DNA from: Clostridia bacterium
GTDB lineage: Bacteria > Bacillota > Clostridia > Oscillospirales > CAG-272
DNA: 64,000 nt
NCBI GenBank assembly: GCA_017407835.1
Contig: JAFQVV010000012.1
Coordinates: 19,010-83,009, forward strand
Direction: 5' to 3'
Each line of letters opens with the position of its first letter. The stretch's first letter is position 1. The notes under the pieces are model-generated. The model saw nothing but the letters and a program-made list of their open reading frames with translations, was not told where the DNA came from and did not search any database. Position numbers and translations under genes: made by a program. This document shows, piece by piece, positions 16,900 to 25,910 of the stretch.

Positions 16900-17972
16900 C
16901 GAAAGAAAGCTTGTTTTGTGCCATCGGCGAGGTGCGCGATGCGTGGATCGCCGATGCTGACGAAGGCACACTGAGTCGTGTCTCGCGCCCCCGACGTATG
17001 GGAAGGCTGGCGCGGCGTTTGGGGACCGTTGCCGCGTGTTTGGTGCTTTTGCTGACGGGGGGATATCATTTTGCCTGCTGGTATTTTCCACCGGGCGCAC
17101 ATGAGCAGGTGCTGCGGATCATACCGGTGGTTTTGTATGACCGTTTCATGCAATATGAACTTGTCCGCTTGGGCGATGGGCAAGCGGCGATGCTGCCCTA
17201 TCAGCGGGGTGAATATGTAGGCAATTTGCAGGGGCGTGAGGTCTGGCATCTGCATGGACGGGAGGATTATGCCGAGCTGATTTTCTACGACGGAGAGAAA
17301 TGGCAGCTGGGGCGATTCAATCAATATAGCGGGCTTGCCGAGGGCTGGCAGTATGATCCCGCAGAGGATGCGGACTGGGCGTTTTCCACCCTGCTCATGC
17401 CTGAGGAATGGGTGAGGATCGATACCTCACCTTATACACTGGAAGAGGTGCTGCGCAATATTTACGGTGTAGAGCATGCCGAGGATATTGCATGGGTGCG
17501 TTTCGAGAAGAGCGGTATCGACAACACCCGGATCGGCCAATCGGTAAACGTGGAGACCGTCACCCTGCGAGATGACGATGAAATCGCTCTGGTGTGGGAT
17601 ATTTTGGTCAGTTTGACACCCATAGGTCATTACGATGAACGCCCTCAGCCCAGCGTAGCGCTGCCCGAGGATGTGCGGGCCGTGCAGGTTGTTCGGGGCG
17701 TGACGGTCAGCTTCAAAAACGGCACGGTGCTGGAGTTTGAGTATAATCCCGCAGGCGGCGAGGACTGCGCCCTCTTCTATCGGATCGAAGGGTACAATTA
17801 TTACTATCTCACCGCCCAACAGAATCATACGCTGATCGAGCTTGCGGGCATCAGTTTCGAGCCAACCCCCATTCCCGAGACAACGCCGCCCCGGGGCGTG
17901 GATGCCAACGAAACAACAGCGCGTCCGCCCGAGACTGCCATCTCTGCTGCTCCCCAGACGGTGGAGGAATAA
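16896..17972 (+). CDS. membrane-anchored protein coupled to the sigma factor (putative anti-sigma factor)
   Basis: ATGA overlap with the sigma gene. Short cytoplasmic N-terminus (IGEVRDAWIADADEG), one TM (VAACLVLLLTGGYHF), a ~260-aa outside domain and a Pro/Thr-rich C-terminus. No zf-HC2 motif seen. Function is inferred from position only. Confidence 0.5.
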   Translation: MTKESLFCAIGEVRDAWIADADEGTLSRVSRPRRMGRLARRLGTVAACLVLLLTGGYHFACWYFPPGAHEQVLRIIPVVLYDRFMQYELVRLGDGQAAMLPYQRGEYVGNLQGREVWHLHGREDYAELIFYDGEKWQLGRFNQYSGLAEGWQYDPAEDADWAFSTLLMPEEWVRIDTSPYTLEEVLRNIYGVEHAEDIAWVRFEKSGIDNTRIGQSVNVETVTLRDDDEIALVWDILVSLTPIGHYDERPQPSVALPEDVRAVQVVRGVTVSFKNGTVLEFEYNPAGGEDCALFYRIEGYNYYYLTAQQNHTLIELAGISFEPTPIPETTPPRGVDANETTARPPETAISAAPQTVEE

Positions 17973-18010
17973 AATGAGTGCCTGCCGCATTTGCGGCAGG
18001 CACTCATTTT
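17971..18010. terminator. bidirectional rho-independent terminator (anti-sigma-like gene / exonuclease gene)
   Basis: Perfect 19-bp arms aaaatgagtgcctgccgca-tt-tgcggcaggcactcatttt, giving A/T runs on both sides. Confidence 0.85.
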
Positions 18011-18026
18011 TCTTGCAGCGGAACCC

Positions 18027-19082
18027 TTATTCGCTGACAGTCTCGACCTTTTGAAGCTCGCGGGTATCGGCAGTCTCTGCTGCCTTTTTGCGCTTGCGTC
18101 CGCCGCGGTGACGACGACGGCGGCGCTTGGGGGCATCCTCACCGTCGTGGGCAAGCGAAGGATCGCGGCTGATGAAGGCCTCATATTTTTCCCTATAGTA
18201 TGCCAGCACCTCGTCGGTGGCGCGGTAGAGTGTCTTGCACACCTTCAGCACGCCGCCCGCACCCTTGAAGAATTGCACCCGCACCATGTAGTCGCCGTGG
18301 TCCTCACAATGGCAGAGGGTGATTTTTTTGCTTCCGCTCTGCTTTACCCAGAGCGGATATGCCATCGGCTTTCCGCAGACGGGGCAGAGGGTGACGGCGA
18401 TTTTTCGGTCGCAGAGGGCTGCCTGGCGGCTCTCAAAGCCGCTGTAGAGACTGTGGGTGATGTGGGGGAAGTAACCGCCAAGATCGATCTTTCCCTCATT
18501 GCCGTACTCGGCAATGCCCCGCTTGAGATCCAGCTTCATGCAGACCTGCGCGGTGTAATAGGCATCGTTGAGGGCATCGTGGGCGGGCATATCCTCCTCA
18601 AGGGCAATGCCGAAATGCTCAAGCGCTGTGTTGAGGGCGCGCTGCTGCTTCTGCCCGTCGGTCTGGCTGTTGTAGATGGGCTGAAGGTCATAGCAGTCGG
18701 TGATCCATGCGGCATCGATGTTGTGGATGAAGAGGTTGTCCAGCAGCATGGGAATATCATCCCGTCCCCATGTGAGCAGGACGCAGGGGGAGCCGCACCA
18801 GATGCGGAAATCGAAAATCGCCTCGGGGAAGGGGCGACCTGCGGAAATATCGCTCTGCGACAAACCGGTTACACGCTTAACCCCCGAATGCAGCTTGGTA
18901 TAATAAGCAGGTGCAATTGTCTCTTTGAATTCGTCAATGATCTCATATCCACCGTCATCCGTCTCGGCCAGCATGACAGCGCCGATCTGAATGATCTCAC
19001 CGATCAGCGGGAAGGGAGCTCGATCCACGCACTTGGGGGCGTAGGGTTGATTCCACTCCATGTCCAATACAATATAATTCAT
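18027..19082 (-). CDS. DEDDh 3'-5' exonuclease domain protein with C-terminal Cys-rich region and polybasic tail
   Basis: Exo I reads LDMEWNQ and Exo III reads HDALNDAYYTAQV (KapD/ERI-1-like). Then CPVCGKPMAY..LCHCEDHGDY, and the tail KRRRRRHRGGRKRKK. Confidence 0.75.
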   Translation of the reverse strand: MNYIVLDMEWNQPYAPKCVDRAPFPLIGEIIQIGAVMLAETDDGGYEIIDEFKETIAPAYYTKLHSGVKRVTGLSQSDISAGRPFPEAIFDFRIWCGSPCVLLTWGRDDIPMLLDNLFIHNIDAAWITDCYDLQPIYNSQTDGQKQQRALNTALEHFGIALEEDMPAHDALNDAYYTAQVCMKLDLKRGIAEYGNEGKIDLGGYFPHITHSLYSGFESRQAALCDRKIAVTLCPVCGKPMAYPLWVKQSGSKKITLCHCEDHGDYMVRVQFFKGAGGVLKVCKTLYRATDEVLAYYREKYEAFISRDPSLAHDGEDAPKRRRRRHRGGRKRKKAAETADTRELQKVETVSE

Positions 19083-19190
19083 TTTTATTTATTTTCCGTT
19101 TCTATTGTTAATCCACTGATATAAATGCGCTTTTATCAGTATAGCATAAAATCCGAAAAAAGAAAAGCCTTTTTTGCAAATTTTCAAAGA

Positions 19191-19754
19191 TTATTGTGTT
19201 TGTCTGTGTGCCGATATCAAGGCGTCTGCCAACCGTCTTGCCCGGTCAAGCAGCAATGCATCCTCTTTGGCAGACAGCGTATCGGTGCAGTGTGTGCAAA
19301 CGGAACCGATATGGGCGGCGTGCATGGCGTACAGCAGCCCTTCTGCCGTTTTCTCGGCATAGTCAAGCCTTCCGTTTCCGCCGCCGCAGAGCAAAATCCC
19401 CCCCACCTTTTTTCGCTCGATGAGGTGTATGCCCTGCATATGTGCAGCCGTATAAAACATTTGCAGTCTGCTCATCAGCGAGAGCAGAGGTCCTGTCAGC
19501 GAAGAAAAATACACAGGTGAAGCGATAATGATGCAGTCACAGGCGATGATATCGCGGTAAAGCGGCTGCATTTCGTCTTGAATGACACAACCGACTTCAT
19601 GCCAGCATTGCCGGCAATCCACACAGGGGTGAATATCAGCGCGGTAAGCATCGATGATTTGCGGAGCCTCCGGCAGTGCAGCTGAGAGGGCCTGAATCAG
19701 TGCTGCGGTGTCGCCCGAAGGGCGGGGAGAACCGTTGAAAATAATCGTTTTCAT
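19191..19754 (-). CDS. flavodoxin-like fold FMN reductase / iron-sulfur flavoprotein-like
   Basis: MKTIIFNGSPRPSGDT (NADPH-dependent FMN reductase N-terminus) plus a CVDCRQC cysteine cluster. Start is uncertain among 19754, 19778 and 19808; none has a clear SD. Confidence 0.7.
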   Translation of the reverse strand: MKTIIFNGSPRPSGDTAALIQALSAALPEAPQIIDAYRADIHPCVDCRQCWHEVGCVIQDEMQPLYRDIIACDCIIIASPVYFSSLTGPLLSLMSRLQMFYTAAHMQGIHLIERKKVGGILLCGGGNGRLDYAEKTAEGLLYAMHAAHIGSVCTHCTDTLSAKEDALLLDRARRLADALISAHRQTQ

Positions 19755-19927
19755 CGTGATTTCAAAAGCTTTCTTCATTGAAATATATTTGTGTTTATTA
19801 TACCGCATTTGTGTCGCTTACGCAAGATTTTTCCACAAAGTTTTGTATTTCTCTTGACTTGCTTCGCTAAATGTGGTAAAAATATATATAGTTGTGCATT
19901 ATTCATCCTGCGTCGGGAGGTGACGGA

Positions 19928-21349
19928 ATGGCGGAAAAATCCGCGAACAAATATAAGACATTGCTTTCTAACACAGCAATTCTGGGTGTGGGCACGTTTG
20001 CTTCCAAGCTGCTTGTTTATTTTTTGATGCCGCTGTATACCGCCTGCCTGACCAGCGATCAGTTTGGGCGCGCGGATTTGATTGCGCAGACGGCCAATTT
20101 GCTGATTCCCATTCTGTCGGTCAGCATTTGTGATGCTGTTTTTCGCTTTACGCTTGATCGCGCCAAAGACAGAGGAAGTGTCCTGTCTGCAGGATTGCTT
20201 GTTTTGCTGATCGGCGCCGTTGTCGGTATGCCGATCGCGCTTGCTTTTGAAGCAGTCCCTTATTTTTCGGGAGGCTACGGCTGGCTGATTGTCGCTTATG
20301 TATTGGCGTCCAATTTTCATACCCTCTGTGCCAATTTTCTTCGTGCTTCGGGAAAAACGGCATTGTTTGCGGCACAGGGCATTTGCACCACCGCCCTGAC
20401 CATTGGATTTAATCTCCTCTTTTTGCTCGGCTTTTCGATGAAGGTCACGGGCTATGTTCTCTCGGTTGTCCTTGCCGATGTGCTGGTTGGGATTGGTCTG
20501 TTTGTTTTCTGCGGTCTTTGGCGCAGCATCGATCTGCGCGCCGTCACCCGCAGCCAAGTGGGGGAAATGCTGCGCTATAGTGCTCCGCTGATTCCTACAA
20601 CCATTTTTTGGTGGATTACCAACGTCTCCGACCGCTATATGATTGCCTGGTTCTGCGGCGATTCGATCAATGGGCTCTACGCTGCTGCCTTCAAGATTCC
20701 CACGCTGCTCATTCTGGCATCGGGCATTTTCATTGAGGCGTGGCACTTTTCTGCCGTGACTGAGCAGGATGATGGGCGGCAGTCACAGTTCTTTTCTGCC
20801 GTCTTTGACAGCTTTCAGGCGGTGATGTTTATGGCGGGGGCGGGGCTTTGCGCTTTTGCCAAAGTTTGCGCTGTCCTGCTTTTTGATGACAGCTATTATG
20901 CGGCGTGGCAGTATATGCCCGTTTTGCTGCTGGCAACCGTTTTCTCCAGCCTTGTGACATTCATGGGCAGCGTTTATCTGGTTGAGAAAAAGAGTCTCAA
21001 TTCCTTCTATACCTCGCTGATCGGAGCATTGGTCAATCTTGTGCTCAATTTCCTGCTTATTCCCATCTGGGGTGCGCAGGGGGCCGCACTTGCAACATTT
21101 GCGTGTTATTTGGTTGTTTTCATCATCCGCGCGTGCAATACGCAGCGATACATTCGCTTTGATCTCCACCCGCTTAAGCTGACCTTCAATACGCTGCTGA
21201 TGGGTGTGCAGTGCGCCCTCATGTTGATTGAGCCACCGCTTTGGTGGCTCTGGCAGGCAGGAATCGTCGCCGCCATATTCGCCATCAATGCAGGACCGAT
21301 TCTGCGCGGGATCATGCAAATCCTCCGCCGAGGGAAGAATCCGCGGTAA
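19928..21349 (+). CDS. polysaccharide/oligosaccharide flippase (Wzx/MOP superfamily)
   Basis: GGGAGG RBS. About 12-14 predicted TM helices. N-terminus LLSNTAILGVGTFASKLLVYFLMPLYT is typical of polysaccharide biosynthesis protein families. Confidence 0.75.
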   Translation: MAEKSANKYKTLLSNTAILGVGTFASKLLVYFLMPLYTACLTSDQFGRADLIAQTANLLIPILSVSICDAVFRFTLDRAKDRGSVLSAGLLVLLIGAVVGMPIALAFEAVPYFSGGYGWLIVAYVLASNFHTLCANFLRASGKTALFAAQGICTTALTIGFNLLFLLGFSMKVTGYVLSVVLADVLVGIGLFVFCGLWRSIDLRAVTRSQVGEMLRYSAPLIPTTIFWWITNVSDRYMIAWFCGDSINGLYAAAFKIPTLLILASGIFIEAWHFSAVTEQDDGRQSQFFSAVFDSFQAVMFMAGAGLCAFAKVCAVLLFDDSYYAAWQYMPVLLLATVFSSLVTFMGSVYLVEKKSLNSFYTSLIGALVNLVLNFLLIPIWGAQGAALATFACYLVVFIIRACNTQRYIRFDLHPLKLTFNTLLMGVQCALMLIEPPLWWLWQAGIVAAIFAINAGPILRGIMQILRRGKNPR

Positions 21350-21373
21350 AAGGCAGAAATTTCGGCAAAGCCC

Positions 21374-21402
21374 TTGCATTTTCAGCGATTTTGGCGTATA
21401 CT
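21374..21402 (+). promoter_or_regulatory. sigma-A-type promoter of the mrp-like gene
   Basis: TTGCAT, 17-nt spacer, TATACT. Confidence 0.6.
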
Positions 21403-21437
21403 AATAGCAATGACTTTTAGCAAAAGGAAGTGTAACC

Positions 21438-22262
21438 ATGGCAGAAGAATGCACCCACAACTGTTCTACCTGCACGGCAAACTGCTCGTCGCGGGAAAAA
21501 ACTGATTTTCATGAAGCACCCAATCCCCGCAGCTCCATCAAGCACGTCATTGGTGTTGTCAGCGGTAAGGGTGGTGTCGGCAAGTCGCTGGTCAGCACCA
21601 TGCTGGCAGTTGAGCTGCAGCGCCGCGGCAACCATGTTGCCATTCTGGATGCGGATATTACCGGTCCTTCGATTCCCAAGGCATTTGGCCTGACCGCCTC
21701 GGTTGAAGGCGATGAAACCGGGCTTATTCCCCCCAAGACCACAACCGGGATTGATGTCATTTCTGTTAACCTCCTGCTCGATGATGTGACAAAGCCCGTT
21801 GTTTGGCGCGGTCCCGTGATCGCAGGTACCGTTAAGCAGTTCTGGACCGATGTTGTGTATGAAGATGTAGATTATCTGATCATCGACTGCCCTCCCGGCA
21901 CAGGCGATGTTCCCCTGACCATTTTCCAGACCATCAAGCTGGACGGCATCATTATCGTTTCCTCTCCGCAGGAGCTGGTTTCGATGATTGTCTCCAAGAT
22001 GGCGAACATGGCAGATATGATGGATATTCCGGTGCTCGGTCTGGTCGAGAATATGAGCTATGTCAAGTGCCCCGACTGTGGTAAGGAGATCAAGGTCTTC
22101 GGCGAGAGCCACATTGACCAGATTGCCGACAAGTTTGGCTACGATCTGCTCGCCCGCATCCCGCTGGATCCCCGTGTCGCGGCGTTGGTTGACCGCGGCA
22201 TGATTGAGCTGATGGAGAACGATTATCTCTCGGCCGCTGCCGATAAGGTGGAGTCATTGTAA
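21438..22262 (+). CDS. Mrp/NBP35 family ATP-binding Fe-S cluster carrier
   Basis: Deviant Walker A VSGKGGVGKS, CPPGTGD and the CPDCG motif. N-terminal Cys-rich stretch HNCSTCTANC. Confidence 0.85.
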   Translation: MAEECTHNCSTCTANCSSREKTDFHEAPNPRSSIKHVIGVVSGKGGVGKSLVSTMLAVELQRRGNHVAILDADITGPSIPKAFGLTASVEGDETGLIPPKTTTGIDVISVNLLLDDVTKPVVWRGPVIAGTVKQFWTDVVYEDVDYLIIDCPPGTGDVPLTIFQTIKLDGIIIVSSPQELVSMIVSKMANMADMMDIPVLGLVENMSYVKCPDCGKEIKVFGESHIDQIADKFGYDLLARIPLDPRVAALVDRGMIELMENDYLSAAADKVESL

Positions 22263-22271
22263 TTGTATAAC

Positions 22272-22310
22272 AAAAAGAGATGCACATCCTATGGATGTGC
22301 ATCTCTTTTT
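22272..22310. terminator. bidirectional rho-independent terminator (mrp-like / murE)
   Basis: aaaaagagatgcacatcc-tat-ggatgtgcatctcttttt. Confidence 0.85.
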
Positions 22311-22312
22311 GC

Positions 22313-23815
22313 TTACAGCGGTGCGCGCAGTTTTGCTGCGCACTCATGCAGGATGGCGCGCTCGTCAAAGGGAACTTTTTCCCCGCAGATGAGCTGATAA
22401 TTTTCGTGCCCCTTGCCGGCGAGCAGAATGATATCACCCGGACGTGCGCCGTATACAGCGGTATGGATAGCATCACGGCGGTCGGGCAAGATCATAAACG
22501 GCGCCCCATTGGGGGTGAATGCCTGCGCAATGTCGGCGATAATGGCCTCGGGATCTTCAAAATCAGGATTGTCGGAGGTGAGAATGGCAAGATCGCAGAG
22601 TTCGTTTGCAACAGCGCCAAGCTCCGGGCGGCGCATTTGTGTTCTGCCGCCCACCGATCCGAACAGGCAAATCAGCCGCTCGGGCGAATAGCAGCGCAGA
22701 GTTTCCAGCGCGGCACGAAGACTCACGCCGTTGTGCGCATAGTCAATGAGGAAGGTGACATCGGGCAGAATATCAACCGATTCAAAACGCCCCTTGATGG
22801 CAATCCCCGACAGCGCTTGTGCAATGTCAGCGAGCGAAAGCCCCAAGCGCAGTCCGACTGCGGCGGCACAGAGTGCGTTGTGGACATTGAACTCTCCCGG
22901 CAGGGGAAGGGAAAAGGCAATCTCCTCGCTGCCATGAATGCAGACAAATTCAACGCCGAGACGACTGCCGTGTCGGAAGAGGGAAATGTCACGGGCAAAC
23001 AGGTCTGCGTCGTATGCGACCGAGCAGAGCATACGCTCGGCATCGCTTCCGTCGATCATTTGCTCAGTGGCAGGATCATCGGCGTTTGCAATGATGCACT
23101 CGGCACCGTAATCGGTGAAGAGGGAGTGCTTGCAGGCGCGGTAGTGCTCGAAAGTGGGGTGCTCGACCCCGCCGATGTGATCGTGGGAGAGATTGGTGAA
23201 AATGCAAATCGGGAATTTCATTCCCAGCACTCGGCGCAGGTAAAGCGCCTGGGAGGACACCTCAAGGGCAACCACCTTCACACCCGCGTCCGCCATTTTG
23301 CGCAGATAGTAGTGCAGTTCGCAGCTCTCGGGGGTGGTGTTGACGGTGGGATAAAAGTGCCCGCAGAATTGTACGCCGTTGGAGCCGATGTAGCCCGCAG
23401 GGATGCCGTTTTCATCCAGTATATGGCGGATGAGCAGAGCGGTGGTCGTTTTGCCCTTGGTTCCCGTAATGCCGATGACGGTCATCTCACGCGCAGGATA
23501 GCCGTAGAAGGCGGCGGACAGCTCGGCCAGCGCGGCACGGCTGTCGGTGACGGTGATGATCAGCGCATCCTCGGGCAGATCGAGGGGACGCTCGGCAACA
23601 AATGCACGGCAGCCCTGCAGATATGCCTTCTGCGCATAGGTGTGACCGTCCTGCACTGCGCCGCGAATGCAGACGAAGAGAGCCCCTGCTCCTGTTTTTC
23701 GCGAATCGGGGCTGAGCACATCAATGGGGGATCCGGCTTGCGTCTCTGTCATGGATGGGACTTGGGTGAGATAGACGGGGGAGATGGCACTTATCAGTTG
23801 GGAGAGTGTAATCAT
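22313..23815 (-). CDS. murE: UDP-N-acetylmuramoyl-L-alanyl-D-glutamate--diamino-acid ligase (MurE)
   Basis: Mur ligase P-loop GITGTKGKTTT, and DYAHN. The position of the DNPR specificity motif reads DNPD (nt 22562-22573). ATGA overlap with the upstream racemase gene. Confidence 0.85.
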   Translation of the reverse strand: MITLSQLISAISPVYLTQVPSMTETQAGSPIDVLSPDSRKTGAGALFVCIRGAVQDGHTYAQKAYLQGCRAFVAERPLDLPEDALIITVTDSRAALAELSAAFYGYPAREMTVIGITGTKGKTTTALLIRHILDENGIPAGYIGSNGVQFCGHFYPTVNTTPESCELHYYLRKMADAGVKVVALEVSSQALYLRRVLGMKFPICIFTNLSHDHIGGVEHPTFEHYRACKHSLFTDYGAECIIANADDPATEQMIDGSDAERMLCSVAYDADLFARDISLFRHGSRLGVEFVCIHGSEEIAFSLPLPGEFNVHNALCAAAVGLRLGLSLADIAQALSGIAIKGRFESVDILPDVTFLIDYAHNGVSLRAALETLRCYSPERLICLFGSVGGRTQMRRPELGAVANELCDLAILTSDNPDFEDPEAIIADIAQAFTPNGAPFMILPDRRDAIHTAVYGARPGDIILLAGKGHENYQLICGEKVPFDERAILHECAAKLRAPL

Positions 23816-24540
23816 TGCGCAGCCTCCGCAAAATCTCGGTCGAAGCCGACAGGCGTTTTGCCGCAGGTTAAAATCGAGCGGTAAGCCAGTGCGTCGAGCG
23901 AGTCAAAATAAGGTGAGGTGAGTCCCGCATCCCGGCGGAGAAGGGAGAGCTCGGTGCAGCCGAGCACCAGTCGATCACATCCTGCGTCAAGCAGGCGTGC
24001 CGAGAGGGCAGAAAATGCGGTAAGATCGGGCGATTTCCCTTGCTTGATCGAGGAATAAATCAGCTCGCTGAGCACATCCTGCTCGGTGGGGGAGGGGAGG
24101 ACACATTCCAGCCCGAATTGCTCACCCACCTGTGCATAACCGCCTGCCGCGGCAGTTCCCGCGGTGGCAAGCAGACCAAACTTCTTTACCCCGATTGCGG
24201 CGAGGGAACGTACAGTTTCGTAGATAATGTTGATGATCGGCACAGGGAGTGCAGCGGCAAGCGCATCGTAGAAATAATGTGCCGTGTTGCAGGGAATGGC
24301 GATTACGTCAGCACCTGCCGCCACCAAATGCTCGGCATCTGCCAGCATATAGGGCAGAGGATCTTCGGTCGATTGACCGAGAATGAAAGCGGTACGGTCC
24401 GGCGTGGTCGCACTGCTGGACAGAATGAGATCAAGATGATCCTGATCGCACGAAGCCTCGGTGTGACGCGTCAGCAGTTCATAGAAATATACCGATGCCA
24501 TCGGTCCGAGTCCGCCCAGAACGCCCAGCTTTTTTGCCAT
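23812..24540 (-). CDS. aspartate/glutamate racemase family protein (probable aspartate racemase)
   Basis: LGVLGGLGPMAS.. and ..IPCNTAH.. / ..LGCTE.. are the two catalytic-Cys motifs of PF01177. ATG at 24540 has GGGGTGG 5 nt upstream; the track start at 24549 is a GTG. Confidence 0.8.
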   Translation of the reverse strand: MAKKLGVLGGLGPMASVYFYELLTRHTEASCDQDHLDLILSSSATTPDRTAFILGQSTEDPLPYMLADAEHLVAAGADVIAIPCNTAHYFYDALAAALPVPIINIIYETVRSLAAIGVKKFGLLATAGTAAAGGYAQVGEQFGLECVLPSPTEQDVLSELIYSSIKQGKSPDLTAFSALSARLLDAGCDRLVLGCTELSLLRRDAGLTSPYFDSLDALAYRSILTCGKTPVGFDRDFAEAAQ

Positions 24541-24553
24541 AACAGCCACCCCT

Positions 24554-25777
24554 TTATTTACAGTATTTTTTGTATTTTGCGTAGTGCCCGAGCAGGTGAC
24601 GGATCACCCAAAGCCGACGGCGGGGATTGCCCTGCAGATCCTCACGGCACCAGAGCGCCGAGGTCGATTTTCCCGCGCGGCGAAGTGCGGCTGCCTTCGC
24701 TCGGACGGCGTCGTCTCGCACATAACGCTTGACCACACCCCAGGGCACACAGTGCCAGAGATGCTCGTTTGCACAGTCAATATTCGTCAGCGGCTCATCG
24801 GTGAAGTAATCGCGGATGACCAGCTCAGCGATGTTTGTTCCCGATGAGGTGATGTAGTGGTTGCTGCGCCCCTGGCGCAGGTTGATCTCGAAGAAACGAA
24901 GCGAGCCGTCGCGCTCGTCGTATTTGATGTCGAAATTGGCGAAGCCCCGATAGCCGAGATCTTCCAGCAGCGCGCGGACACGGTCGGTCAGTTCCTTGTT
25001 CTGCTCGATCATAATGGCGGCGTGGTTTCCCCGTCCCTTGGGGGTGTGTTCCTCCAGCATGACGTGACCGAGACAGGTCATCTTGACCTTGCTGTCGCGA
25101 TCGGCATAGGCGGTCAGCACGTGCATATAGGAATCCTCGCCCGGAATCATATCCTGCACAATCATACGCTCGGTGTAGCCCGCGGCATAAATCTCACGGA
25201 TGATGACCTCAGCCTGTGCCGGGGAGTCGGCAACATAAACCTTCTGCATCCCATCAAACGGATGTTTCCAGTATTCAATGCTCGACGACGGCTTGACAAT
25301 GAGCGGATAGCCGAACCCAAGCGCGTCGGGTTCAAGCTGCGACAGTTCAAAATCGGCAGTGAGGACACGGGTCTTGGGGTAGGGAATATCGTACTCATCG
25401 CAAAGCGCGTAAAAATCAGCCTTGCTGACCAATCTGTCCCGCAGCGGTACATCAATGTACGGCACAATATAATACGGCTCAAGTTCGGCCTTGCAGGAGA
25501 TTAGCAGAGACGCATAATCATCGGTGCACCCCATTACCACCAATGGCTCGTCGGGATGCTTCTGCGCGAAATCGACCAGTACTTCGACCAGAATGTCGGG
25601 GTTATCCAGATTAGGCACCGCCGTGAAGTTGAGAAAACGCGAATACTGCGTCTGCCCCAGCGGATAACGTCCGAACGCCTGCGCTCGGACGCCGCACGCC
25701 TCATAAAACGCACGTGCCACCGAATAACAGTTCAAATCCGCCCCAAGCAGGACGGGAATCAGGTTAATCTCATTCAT
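24554..25777 (-). CDS. ATP-grasp carboxylate--amine ligase (candidate D-aspartate ligase, Aslfm/AslA-like)
   Basis: 407 aa. N-terminus PVLLGADLNCYSVARAFYEACGV and the central ATP-grasp fold (YPLIVKPS.., ANFDIKYDERDG..FFEINLRQGRSN). The functional call rests on gene context. Confidence 0.65.
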   Translation of the reverse strand: MNEINLIPVLLGADLNCYSVARAFYEACGVRAQAFGRYPLGQTQYSRFLNFTAVPNLDNPDILVEVLVDFAQKHPDEPLVVMGCTDDYASLLISCKAELEPYYIVPYIDVPLRDRLVSKADFYALCDEYDIPYPKTRVLTADFELSQLEPDALGFGYPLIVKPSSSIEYWKHPFDGMQKVYVADSPAQAEVIIREIYAAGYTERMIVQDMIPGEDSYMHVLTAYADRDSKVKMTCLGHVMLEEHTPKGRGNHAAIMIEQNKELTDRVRALLEDLGYRGFANFDIKYDERDGSLRFFEINLRQGRSNHYITSSGTNIAELVIRDYFTDEPLTNIDCANEHLWHCVPWGVVKRYVRDDAVRAKAAALRRAGKSTSALWCREDLQGNPRRRLWVIRHLLGHYAKYKKYCK

Positions 25778-25852
25778 AATCTATGTCCTTTTGCTCTAAC
25801 ATATTTACCAAAACCAAAATCAAGTCGGTTTGTCGGAAAGTTTTTGAAGGTT

Positions 25853-25884
25853 CCAAGGGGACTTTTTTCAAAAAGTCCCCTTGG
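25853..25884 (-). other. perfect 14-15 bp hairpin between asnB and the ATP-grasp gene, without a U-tract
   Basis: ccaaggggactttt-ttca-aaaagtccccttgg. On the coding (minus) strand the 3' flank is aaccttcaaaaac, so it is not a canonical terminator. Confidence 0.5.
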
Positions 25885-25910
25885 CAGGGTACGGGGTAGC
25901 GCCTCGCCCA

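Noticed and set aside
22280-23884. 534-aa ORF antisense to murE
   Set aside because: The murE frame carries Mur-ligase motifs; the plus-strand frame has none. It starts inside the bidirectional terminator.
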